55,555 bases of DNA from an uncultured Bacteroidales bacterium (GTDB taxonomy: Bacteria > Bacteroidota > Bacteroidia > Bacteroidales > ML635J-15), in the NCBI GenBank assembly GCA_964527535.1, contig CAZGPW010000241.1, positions 1-55,555 of the forward strand, written 5' to 3'. This document shows positions 28,984-37,380 of this stretch, in pieces. The position numbers and the translations under genes were made by a program. The notes beneath the pieces are model-generated. The model had not been told where the DNA came from. It saw nothing but the letters and a program-made list of their open reading frames with translations, and ran no database searches. How positions within the stretch are numbered: the first letter of the stretch is position 1; each line of letters starts with the position of its first letter.

Positions 28984-29824
28984 AATAAAACTGTACATAT
29001 ATCAATTCACAGTTTTTGCGTTATTTGCTTTTTTGACCCTGTTTTTTCATGCTTGCAAAACAAGTCGTATTACAAGCACTACATTTCCTCACATAACCAT
29101 AAGTGAACTGTTGTCTTCCCATGATACAAGTTATGTGAATGCCAATATCCTTGACCTAAGGTTCAAAGCGAAATACACAGATTCCATTTCAGGCACACAA
29201 CGTGCCACGTGTTACATACGCATGTACACCGACAGCCTGATTTGGGTATCTATTAGGTCCATGAACATCGAAGGCATGCGTATGTTAATGATGCCGGATA
29301 GCTTACAGTACATTGACAGAATGAATAAAACATATTACCAGGGAAGTTATGAATATTTTAGCCGGAAACTAATGATAAAACCGGGTTTTCAGGCCATTCA
29401 GAACCTTCTGTTGCAGAAAATGTTTGTTTTTAATTCCCGCTTACAGCCTGACTTGTCCAAAAAGCTTAAACCCTGCAAAGACAGTAGTTACTACTGTATG
29501 AAACTGAAAGCGGAAAAACCAAAAAATGCTAAGGGCGGAGTTAAAATATTCAGTCCCGGATGGGTCGAACAATATTTCAGTTTTTATCCATACACTCATA
29601 AACTTGCCTCAGAAGAAATTAAAAGCACCCTTACCGGTGATAAGATACTGATTAAATACAGCCCGGAATTTGATAACAATGAGCAATATCCCGCGAAAAT
29701 TACAATCAGCCTTAAAGGAAATCAGCATGTTAGCCTGGAACTGGATAATAAAAAAGCAGAATACGGAGATTCTTTGAAAACTCCTTTTAAAATACCGGAA
29801 AACTATGAACCTGTCAGATTTTAA
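28976..29824 (+). CDS. DUF4292-like lipoprotein (possible LolB-like fold)
   Basis: Signal peptide with lipobox (FFHAC). Size and position (between the TPR and M23/EnvC-like genes) match the conserved Bacteroidota arrangement as I recall it. The family assignment is from memory and needs an HMM check. Confidence 0.55.
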   Translation: MNKIKLYIYQFTVFALFAFLTLFFHACKTSRITSTTFPHITISELLSSHDTSYVNANILDLRFKAKYTDSISGTQRATCYIRMYTDSLIWVSIRSMNIEGMRMLMMPDSLQYIDRMNKTYYQGSYEYFSRKLMIKPGFQAIQNLLLQKMFVFNSRLQPDLSKKLKPCKDSSYYCMKLKAEKPKNAKGGVKIFSPGWVEQYFSFYPYTHKLASEEIKSTLTGDKILIKYSPEFDNNEQYPAKITISLKGNQHVSLELDNKKAEYGDSLKTPFKIPENYEPVRF

Positions 29825-29859
29825 TTTGTATTTTCGTAAATTATCAAGCTAGTAATGAG

Positions 29860-31053
29860 ATGAAAACAAAATATATTATCAATGCGATTTTATTTGTTCT
29901 GTTGTGTGCTTTGGTGATGCAAGGGCAGGCACAATCGCACAAGGAATTGGAACAACAAAAAAAACAGGCGCAAAAACAAATTGAGCTTACCAACAAGTTG
30001 CTGAATGAAACCAAACAGGGCAGAAAAAAATCATACAATAACTTGTTGTTGATCAATCAGCAGATAAAATCCCGCAATGAAGTTATTCAACACCTGGTGG
30101 ATGAAATTGAAATACTGGACAAACGTATTGAAGAAAAGGAGAACTTAATACAAATGCTGGAAAAGGATTTATATAACCTGAAAGAAAATTATGCTTCCCT
30201 TGTCCGCTATGCATATAAAACCAAAAACTCTACCCACAGGTTATTGTTTATCTTTTCTGCTGATGATTTTAACCAGGCTTATAAGCGGTTGGCCTACCTG
30301 AAAGAAATTGCAAAATATCGCCGTAAACAGGCAACAGCCATTGTGAAAACAAAGCAGGACATTAATGAGCAGATAGAAAAACTCAATGCCACTCGTGAAG
30401 AAAAAACTGAATTGCTTGGCGAAATCGAAACAGAAGAAGAGAAACTCAAGCGCGAAAAAGAGGAACAAAATGTCATGTTGACAGAGCTTGAAAACCGCCA
30501 GTCTGAATTGCAACAAAAACTCAAAGCGCATAAGAAAAAAGCAGCCCAGTTACAGGATGAAATAGAAAAACTCATTGCTGCAGAAGCCAAACGCAATGCC
30601 GGCAGCGGATACACACTAACCCCTGAAGAGAAACTCATTTCAACCGAATTTGGCAACAACAAAGGGCGGTTGCCCTGGCCGGTAGTTAGTGGTATTATCA
30701 CAAGTAAATTCGGGAAACATGCCCATCCGGTGATCAAAAATGTGTATATTAATAACAATGGCATAGATATTTCAACACCTAAGGGCAGCAGCATTCGCAG
30801 TATCTTTGACGGTGAAGTGCGTAAAGTATTTAAAGTGCCGGGATATCAAAATGCTGTCATCATCAGGCATGGAAGCTATTTGACCACATACACGCATCTC
30901 GAAAGTGTATATGTGTCTGAAGGGGATAAAGTTTCTGCCAAACAAAGCATCGGCACGGTGTATCACAATGCTGATGAAGATGAAACCATTGTCCATTTTG
31001 AAATATGGTACGGTCAAAAGAAACTTGATCCTGAACAATGGCTGGCCAAATAA
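29860..31053 (+). CDS. EnvC-like murein hydrolase activator (coiled coil plus degenerate LytM/M23 domain)
   Basis: Signal peptide, a ~230-aa coiled coil, and a C-terminal LytM domain whose metal ligands are degenerate (NNGID instead of HxxxD, IVHFEIW instead of HxH). Confidence 0.8.
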   Translation: MKTKYIINAILFVLLCALVMQGQAQSHKELEQQKKQAQKQIELTNKLLNETKQGRKKSYNNLLLINQQIKSRNEVIQHLVDEIEILDKRIEEKENLIQMLEKDLYNLKENYASLVRYAYKTKNSTHRLLFIFSADDFNQAYKRLAYLKEIAKYRRKQATAIVKTKQDINEQIEKLNATREEKTELLGEIETEEEKLKREKEEQNVMLTELENRQSELQQKLKAHKKKAAQLQDEIEKLIAAEAKRNAGSGYTLTPEEKLISTEFGNNKGRLPWPVVSGIITSKFGKHAHPVIKNVYINNNGIDISTPKGSSIRSIFDGEVRKVFKVPGYQNAVIIRHGSYLTTYTHLESVYVSEGDKVSAKQSIGTVYHNADEDETIVHFEIWYGQKKLDPEQWLAK

Positions 31054-31070
31054 TCCGTTTGTAACAATAC

Positions 31071-34000
31071 ATGACGAACAATGATTTTGACATACTGATA
31101 TCAAAGCTGGATGCTTTTATAAAACGGTATTATGTAACCCAGATGTTACGTGGTATTTTTGTTACAGCCGCTATTGTGGGTACATATTACCTGATCATTG
31201 CATTGCTTGAATACGTGGGCCATTTTAGCGTTTCTGCCCGCACGGCGATATTCTACGTTTCACTGGTGCTGATTACCGGTGTTTTTATTTGGTTTATTGT
31301 CAGGCCGTTACTTGGTTTTTTGAAAATTGGCAAACGGATTTCATACAAACAGGCCTCCCAAATTCTCAGGCAGCATTTCCCTGCCATACAGGACAAACTC
31401 GAAAACAGCCTTGAGCTTTATGATATGGCCAAAGCCACGGATAAGTCCAAAGGCCTCATTCTCGCATCCGTAGCCCAAAAAACCTCTGAACTGAAACCAC
31501 TGCCCTTTTTATCAGCCCTGCCACTGAATAAAAGCCTTGCTTTTGTCAAATACCTTGTGCCACCAGCGATTTTATTATTGCTGGCTTTGTTTTTCTGGCC
31601 TTCTGCCCTGAGTGAAGGCACACAACGGATAGTCAAATACAGGGAACACTTTGTACCTCCGCCGCCTTTTGTTTTTGAGCTGATCAATGATTCACTGAAA
31701 ACAAAAAAGGGGGAGGACCTGGAGATAAAGGTAACTACTGATGGGAAAAGTATGCCTGATAAAATGTGGATTCATTTTAGCGGAAATCATTTGATGATGC
31801 AGAAAAAAGAAGCAAACCTGTTTACGTATAATTTTAAAAACATCAACAATTCAATGAAATTTCACTTTGAAGCGGCGGATGTAATTTCTGATCAATACAA
31901 AATTGATGTTTTACCAACACCGGTGCTGACAGAGTACAGAATAAAAATACAACCACCTGCCTATACGGGTGAAGCATCGCAGGAGCTACAAAATCAGGGA
32001 GATATAAATATGCCGGCAGGATCTTCTGTTCAATGGTTTTTCAATACCAGGGAAACCGATAATTTACGTGTTGTGTTTTCCGACTCTTCGTTTCTGGAAG
32101 CAGAACCCAATCAGGCTATATTTTCTGCCGACACCAGTCTGTTGCGAAGTACAACCTACCGTATTCAAATGGCAAACGAACATTTAAAAAATAATAACCA
32201 GCTCCGGTACAACATTCATGTCATCCCTGATATGTATCCTGATATTAAAGTCCAGCAGAAACGTGACAGTTCGGATCTCAATCTGTTTTATTTCAATGGC
32301 GTTATCAGTGATGATTACGGGTTCAAATCGCTTAAATTTATGTATAATGCATGGGATGATCAGGATTCTTTAAAATCTGTTCCCGTGCAATTCAATAAAA
32401 ACCTGTCTCCCCAGGAGTTTTATTTTGCATGGGATTTTAGCCAGTTTAAAACAGAGGATGTTGATGCTATTACCTATTTTTTTGAAGTAGGCGATAACGA
32501 TGCCATCAACGGAAGCAAAACCAGCCGCAGCCAAGTACAGGAATTCCGCTTTCCAGACAGCGATGAGTTGAATAAAGTCAATGAAGAAACCAATCAGGCC
32601 ATTGAAAATAAAATTGATGAAGCCAGAAAACTCAGTCAATCTTTGCGTAAGGATGTAAATGACCTTCAGCGTAAGCTCATTGATAAAAACATGAGCTCAT
32701 GGGAGCGTCAGCAGGTTATGGAAAAAATCGAGAAAAAACAGCAAAGCCTGGAAAACCTGAAGCAGGACATCAACAGGCAAAACCAGCAACGCAATCAAAT
32801 GATGGATTCTTACAGCTCACAAAAAGAAAGCATGCGTGAAAAACAAAAACAAATTGAAGAGCTGCTGGAAAACCTTATGGATGATGAAATGCGTGAAATG
32901 CTGGAAGAGCTTAAGGAGCTTATGAAAAACAACGAAACGGAAGACATGCACCAGTTGATGGAAGAGATGGAAATGTCGTACGAAGACCTGGACAAACAAC
33001 TTGACAGTAACCTTGATATGTTGAAGCGCATGGAGGTTGAGGAGCGCGTGCAAAATACCATTGATGAACTCAAAGAGCTGAGTGAAGAGCATAAAGAACT
33101 CAGTGAAAAAACAAAAGAAGGGGATGAGAATACTGAACAACTTAAGCAAGAGCAAAAGGATCATGAGGAAAAGATGAAAGAAATACAGGAAGATTATGAA
33201 AAAACGCTGGAAAAAAATGAAAGCCTGAAAGAACCGATGAATATGGATGAGTTTGAGGAAGCGTTTGAAGAAATTGATCAGAGCATGGAGAAAACCGATG
33301 AAATGCTTGACAAAAACAAGCAAAATAAAGCATCAGAACAACAAGAAAACAGCTCTGAAAAAATGAAAGAGATGAGTGAAAACCTCATGAGCATGATGGA
33401 ACAAAACATGATGAATCAGGCAAGTGAAAACATCGAAGACATGAAACAATTATTACACAACCTTGTGCAATTTTCTTTTGACCAGGAAGAACTCATAGAA
33501 AAATTTTCAAACATCAACAGCCGCGATCCCCGGTTCAAAGATATTGTTATTGAACAAGGTAAATTGCAACGGTCTTTCAATATCATTAATGATTCGTTGA
33601 CAGCGCTGAGTTCTCGTGTGCCCCAGATAGGAAATGTGGTTCGTGGTGAGCAAAAAGATATTCGCAAAGAGCTGGAAAAAATCATGACCAACATCGAAAA
33701 TAACCGCTTGTACAAGGTTCGCACATCTCAGCAAATGGTGATGACACATACCAATAACGTTGCCTTGTTGTTGTCTGAAGCACTTGATCAAATGCAACAG
33801 CAAATGAATTCCATGGGTAGCTGTGGGGGGGAATGCCAAAAACCTGGACAAGGCAAACCAAAGATGGGTGAAATGCGCCAAAAGCAGCAAAATTTGAAAA
33901 AACAATTACAGCAAATGCTGGACATGATGAAACAAGGACAAAAGCCGGGAGGTAAAAACGGCCAAAAACAAATGAGCAAGCAAATTTCCAAAATGCTGGC

Positions 34001-34394
34001 AGAACAGGAGATCATGCAAAAAATGCTTAACGATATCATGTCAGAGCAAAATATTGACACTGAATCTGCAAAAAAGCTGAGGGAAATAAATCAAATGCTG
34101 GAAGAAAGCAAAAATGACCTTATCAACCGGAACATTACCCCGGAGCTGTTGAAAAGACAGGAGCAAATTGTGACACGCATGCTTGAGGCCGAACGCAGTG
34201 AATTTGAACGGGAAATCGACAAAGAACGGAAATCCGAAGAAGCCAGGCATTACAAAGTTTCAAATCCCGAAGAAGCATTCAAAGAAGCAATGGAAAAAGA
34301 ATCCTTTAATGAACTCCTCGAATTTTCAAGGCTGAAAATGACCCGCTTTTATAAAGAAAAATATAAGGAATATTTGCTTAAAATCAATGAATGA
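31071..34394 (+). CDS. Large membrane-anchored coiled-coil protein (DUF4175-like)
   Basis: Three N-terminal TM helices, a beta-rich middle region, and a ~550-aa Met/Glu/Lys/Gln-rich coiled coil. The stop overlaps the ybeY start (ATGA). The DUF4175 assignment is from memory. Confidence 0.6.
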   Translation: MTNNDFDILISKLDAFIKRYYVTQMLRGIFVTAAIVGTYYLIIALLEYVGHFSVSARTAIFYVSLVLITGVFIWFIVRPLLGFLKIGKRISYKQASQILRQHFPAIQDKLENSLELYDMAKATDKSKGLILASVAQKTSELKPLPFLSALPLNKSLAFVKYLVPPAILLLLALFFWPSALSEGTQRIVKYREHFVPPPPFVFELINDSLKTKKGEDLEIKVTTDGKSMPDKMWIHFSGNHLMMQKKEANLFTYNFKNINNSMKFHFEAADVISDQYKIDVLPTPVLTEYRIKIQPPAYTGEASQELQNQGDINMPAGSSVQWFFNTRETDNLRVVFSDSSFLEAEPNQAIFSADTSLLRSTTYRIQMANEHLKNNNQLRYNIHVIPDMYPDIKVQQKRDSSDLNLFYFNGVISDDYGFKSLKFMYNAWDDQDSLKSVPVQFNKNLSPQEFYFAWDFSQFKTEDVDAITYFFEVGDNDAINGSKTSRSQVQEFRFPDSDELNKVNEETNQAIENKIDEARKLSQSLRKDVNDLQRKLIDKNMSSWERQQVMEKIEKKQQSLENLKQDINRQNQQRNQMMDSYSSQKESMREKQKQIEELLENLMDDEMREMLEELKELMKNNETEDMHQLMEEMEMSYEDLDKQLDSNLDMLKRMEVEERVQNTIDELKELSEEHKELSEKTKEGDENTEQLKQEQKDHEEKMKEIQEDYEKTLEKNESLKEPMNMDEFEEAFEEIDQSMEKTDEMLDKNKQNKASEQQENSSEKMKEMSENLMSMMEQNMMNQASENIEDMKQLLHNLVQFSFDQEELIEKFSNINSRDPRFKDIVIEQGKLQRSFNIINDSLTALSSRVPQIGNVVRGEQKDIRKELEKIMTNIENNRLYKVRTSQQMVMTHTNNVALLLSEALDQMQQQMNSMGSCGGECQKPGQGKPKMGEMRQKQQNLKKQLQQMLDMMKQGQKPGGKNGQKQMSKQISKMLAEQEIMQKMLNDIMSEQNIDTESAKKLREINQMLEESKNDLINRNITPELLKRQEQIVTRMLEAERSEFEREIDKERKSEEARHYKVSNPEEAFKEAMEKESFNELLEFSRLKMTRFYKEKYKEYLLKINE

Positions 34395-34816
34395 TGAGCA
34401 TCAGGTTTTTTAATGAAGATGTTGAGATGCCTGATTTTAACAGGCGTTATGCTGTGGAATGGATCCGGCAGGCAATACAAAGTGAAAACAGGGATACGGG
34501 TGAATGCAGTATCATCTTTTGTTCGGATACATACCTGCTGGAAATCAATGAAAAACACCTTAACCACGATTATTTTACCGACATTGTTGCCTTTGATTAC
34601 GGCGAAAACAACATTGTGTCAGGCGATCTGTTCATCAGCGTGGACCGGGTGAAAGACAACGCTGCTTATTATGATGTGGACGTGAACCAGGAATTACACC
34701 GCGTGATGATTCATGGCATTTTGCACTTATGCGGGTACAATGACAGCACTGAAAATGAGCAAAAACAGATGCGGGAAAAAGAAAACCATTACCTGAAAAT
34801 GGGAGGGATGTTGTAA
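34391..34816 (+). CDS. ybeY: rRNA maturation endoribonuclease YbeY
   Basis: HGILHLCGYND zinc-binding motif, 141 aa. Confidence 0.95.
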   Translation: MMSIRFFNEDVEMPDFNRRYAVEWIRQAIQSENRDTGECSIIFCSDTYLLEINEKHLNHDYFTDIVAFDYGENNIVSGDLFISVDRVKDNAAYYDVDVNQELHRVMIHGILHLCGYNDSTENEQKQMREKENHYLKMGGML

Positions 34817-34946
34817 CCCAATTAATACTAAACCGCTAACAAGATGAATGGCGTAACACAACTTGTTATTCTGTGATTCGGCAGAAATTATTTGAACGCT
34901 ATGTAAATATTTATTATTCTTGTGTGTTTTTTATAATTAGCAAACC

Positions 34947-36368
34947 ATGCACAAAAACAAAACCAATATTTCTAAAGCGCTTATATACACGCTGCTGCTT
35001 GCATTGGTGCTAAGGATAGTCTTTATTTTATTTGGCGCGGATGTATATTTCTCCCGGGATAATTTCATGATTGACAGGGATACCTGGTCGTGGGCAACGA
35101 TGTTTGTGAATTTAGTTGAAACGGGAGAATACACTATTAATCCAGGGCATGAATATGGTTATTTTGGAAGAATGCCGGGGTACAGTTTTTTCATGGGGGC
35201 ATTCTGGTTGCTCACCGGCAAAGACTGGAGTACGGCCTTTCCTATAATAGCATGGCTACAGATATTTCTGGATGTGGTTACGGTGTATTTACTATACCAT
35301 TTTGTGCTTAGCTTTTTCAAAAGCAAACAAGCAGCTTTGGTCTCAGCTGTATTGTATGCCTGTTACCCGTTTATTATTGTTTGGACCCCTGTAGTGTACA
35401 GTGAATGTTTAAGTGTCTTTTTAATGATCCTTTCACTTTACCTTGCAGCAAAAAATAAAAATTTCTGGTACCTTTTGTTTTCCGGGGCAGCCCTCGGGGC
35501 AGCAATTTTATGCCGCCCCCAGATTTTTCTTCTGGTTCCTGTTTATATATTTGTCTTATGGAAACCAAAACAAATTAAAACGGTATTGGTCAGAGGCGCT
35601 ATCTTTTTTGCAGGGTTTATTATGTTATATGGTCCATGGCCAATCCGCAACTACATCAATCACAATAAAATTATTTTAACTCAGGACTTAAGAGGTTTTG
35701 GTTGTTGGAACGAAGATGTATTGGCCTTTTTGCAATATGTGTATTCCGTAAAATCCGGGTGGCAACCACAACGGGATCAGATTGTGAAAAACAAACCCGT
35801 TACATGGCCGGATATAGCCTATACCTCCGTTGAAGATAGCCTTAAACTTGAACAAGCGGTGTGGAATGCCAAATATTGCAGCCGTGGATTCAGTCATCAA
35901 GAGGGGTACTGGAAAGCATCTATTGATTCAGCAGGTTGCACCAAAGAAACCGCTCAGCTTTTTAACGAACTGCGGCAAAAGCAAATCGAAACAAATCCGT
36001 TAAATTTTTATGTAGTGGTTCCGCTTCAAAACCTTAAAAAAGCAGTGTTTAAATCAGACCTGGTTAAGCCCAAAAATAAAAAAATGCTTGTGCTTGGGAA
36101 ATTGTTGTTTGCATACCGTACTTTGCTTATATTTTTAGGTTTTGCAGGTGCCGCTATTGCAATATGGCGTAAACAATGGCAATATTGGGTTCCCTTACTG
36201 TTTGCCCTGTTTGTGTATGTTGCCTTGTGTTTTGGTACGGCCCCGCAGTTCAGAAACATTGAAATGCGTTACTTTTTGCATGCAGACATCATGTTGTTGA
36301 TTCCTGCGGCATGGTTTATTTCACAAGTATATAATCAATTTAAAAAACGTTTATGTTCAATTGGATAA
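34947..36368 (+). CDS. GT-C fold glycosyltransferase (family 39 / ArnT-like) membrane protein
   Basis: About 11 TM helices and an N-terminal loop with a D/E-containing motif (SRDNFMIDRD). Its size and pairing with a polyprenyl-phosphate GT2 are typical of ArnT/PMT-like enzymes. Confidence 0.6.
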   Translation: MHKNKTNISKALIYTLLLALVLRIVFILFGADVYFSRDNFMIDRDTWSWATMFVNLVETGEYTINPGHEYGYFGRMPGYSFFMGAFWLLTGKDWSTAFPIIAWLQIFLDVVTVYLLYHFVLSFFKSKQAALVSAVLYACYPFIIVWTPVVYSECLSVFLMILSLYLAAKNKNFWYLLFSGAALGAAILCRPQIFLLVPVYIFVLWKPKQIKTVLVRGAIFFAGFIMLYGPWPIRNYINHNKIILTQDLRGFGCWNEDVLAFLQYVYSVKSGWQPQRDQIVKNKPVTWPDIAYTSVEDSLKLEQAVWNAKYCSRGFSHQEGYWKASIDSAGCTKETAQLFNELRQKQIETNPLNFYVVVPLQNLKKAVFKSDLVKPKNKKMLVLGKLLFAYRTLLIFLGFAGAAIAIWRKQWQYWVPLLFALFVYVALCFGTAPQFRNIEMRYFLHADIMLLIPAAWFISQVYNQFKKRLCSIG

Positions 36369-36372
36369 TATT

Positions 36373-37323
36373 ATGACTGTTTCTGTAATAATCCCGCTGT
36401 TTAATGAAGAAGATATTGTCGATGATTTACACAAGCGTGTTTTGAATGCAATAACACAAATTGGAGATGATTTTGAAGTTATCTTCGTTGATGATGGTAG
36501 TACTGACAATACATTACAAAAGCTATTGAGTTTTCACAAAAAAGATTCACGGTTTAAAGTATTGGAGCTATCCAGAAATTTTGGTCACCAGGCTGCTTAT
36601 ACTGCAGGTTTAAATGTTGCAACCGGTGATTATGTTTGTATGCTTGACGGAGACCTGCAGGACCCTCCGGAATTGATCCCTGAAATGCACAAAAAACTGG
36701 TGTCTGAAAATTGTGATATTGTGTATGGGAAACGTACCTCCCGGAATGAAAAAGCAGGAAAACGTTTTCTCATCAAGGTGTTTCACAGGGTGTTTTCATT
36801 CATCAATAACGTTGGTGCGCCGGATAATGTCGGAAATTTTGGGATAATGAACCGTAAAGCAAAAGAGGCTTTTCTCATGCTGAAAGAAAAAAACAGGTAC
36901 CTGCCCGGCCTGCGTTATTTTATTGGTTTCCGGCAAACAGCCCTGGAATATGAACGTCCCGAAAGACTCAAAGGAAAAGCAAAAATGAACATCAGAAACT
37001 TAATGCATCTGGCATTCGACGCCCTGTTTTCCTTTTCAAAACTACCTTTAAAACTTGCTTTTGTTTTTGGTTTTACCGGGCTTGGTCTTTCTCTTATTGG
37101 AATCATTGTTGTTATCGTTAAGAAAATCACAGGGGTGGCTATAACCGGATGGACATCCATGATGTTATCGTTGTTTTTCTTTGGAAGCGTCATATTGATT
37201 TTTTTGGGTGTTATCGGCGAGTATATTTTCAGGATATATAAGGAAACACAAAACAGGCCGGTGTATTTTATAAGAAACTATCACGCAACCGATAACAATG
37301 AAAATTCGAAATCAGGCACCTGA
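36373..37323 (+). CDS. Polyprenyl-phosphate glycosyltransferase, GT2 (ArnC/GtrB/DPM1-like) with two C-terminal TM helices
   Basis: VSVIIPLFNEE, VDDGSTDNT, NFGHQAAYTAGL, LDGDLQDPPE, and C-terminal TM pair. The track start at 36361 is a TTG. Confidence 0.88.
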   Translation: MTVSVIIPLFNEEDIVDDLHKRVLNAITQIGDDFEVIFVDDGSTDNTLQKLLSFHKKDSRFKVLELSRNFGHQAAYTAGLNVATGDYVCMLDGDLQDPPELIPEMHKKLVSENCDIVYGKRTSRNEKAGKRFLIKVFHRVFSFINNVGAPDNVGNFGIMNRKAKEAFLMLKEKNRYLPGLRYFIGFRQTALEYERPERLKGKAKMNIRNLMHLAFDALFSFSKLPLKLAFVFGFTGLGLSLIGIIVVIVKKITGVAITGWTSMMLSLFFFGSVILIFLGVIGEYIFRIYKETQNRPVYFIRNYHATDNNENSKSGT

Positions 37324-37380
37324 GCAATGTGATATAACCTTAGTGTTTCACATCAACACATCAACACGAAAATCAATACG

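Noticed and set aside
30294-33323. Long antisense ORFs (166 aa at 30294..30794; 168 aa at 32817..33323 and neighbours) opposite the EnvC-like and 1107-aa genes
   Set aside because: They are a mirror of the Glu/Lys/Gln-rich coiled-coil coding sequence (GAA/AAA/CAA codons give TTC/TTT/TTG on the reverse strand). The result is stop-free Phe/Leu-rich frames that are not genes.
37351-37366. Perfect tandem 8-mer (CATCAACA x2) between the convergent GT2 and membrane-protein genes
   Set aside because: It is too short and isolated to interpret, and is likely a chance duplication in a 57-bp convergent spacer.
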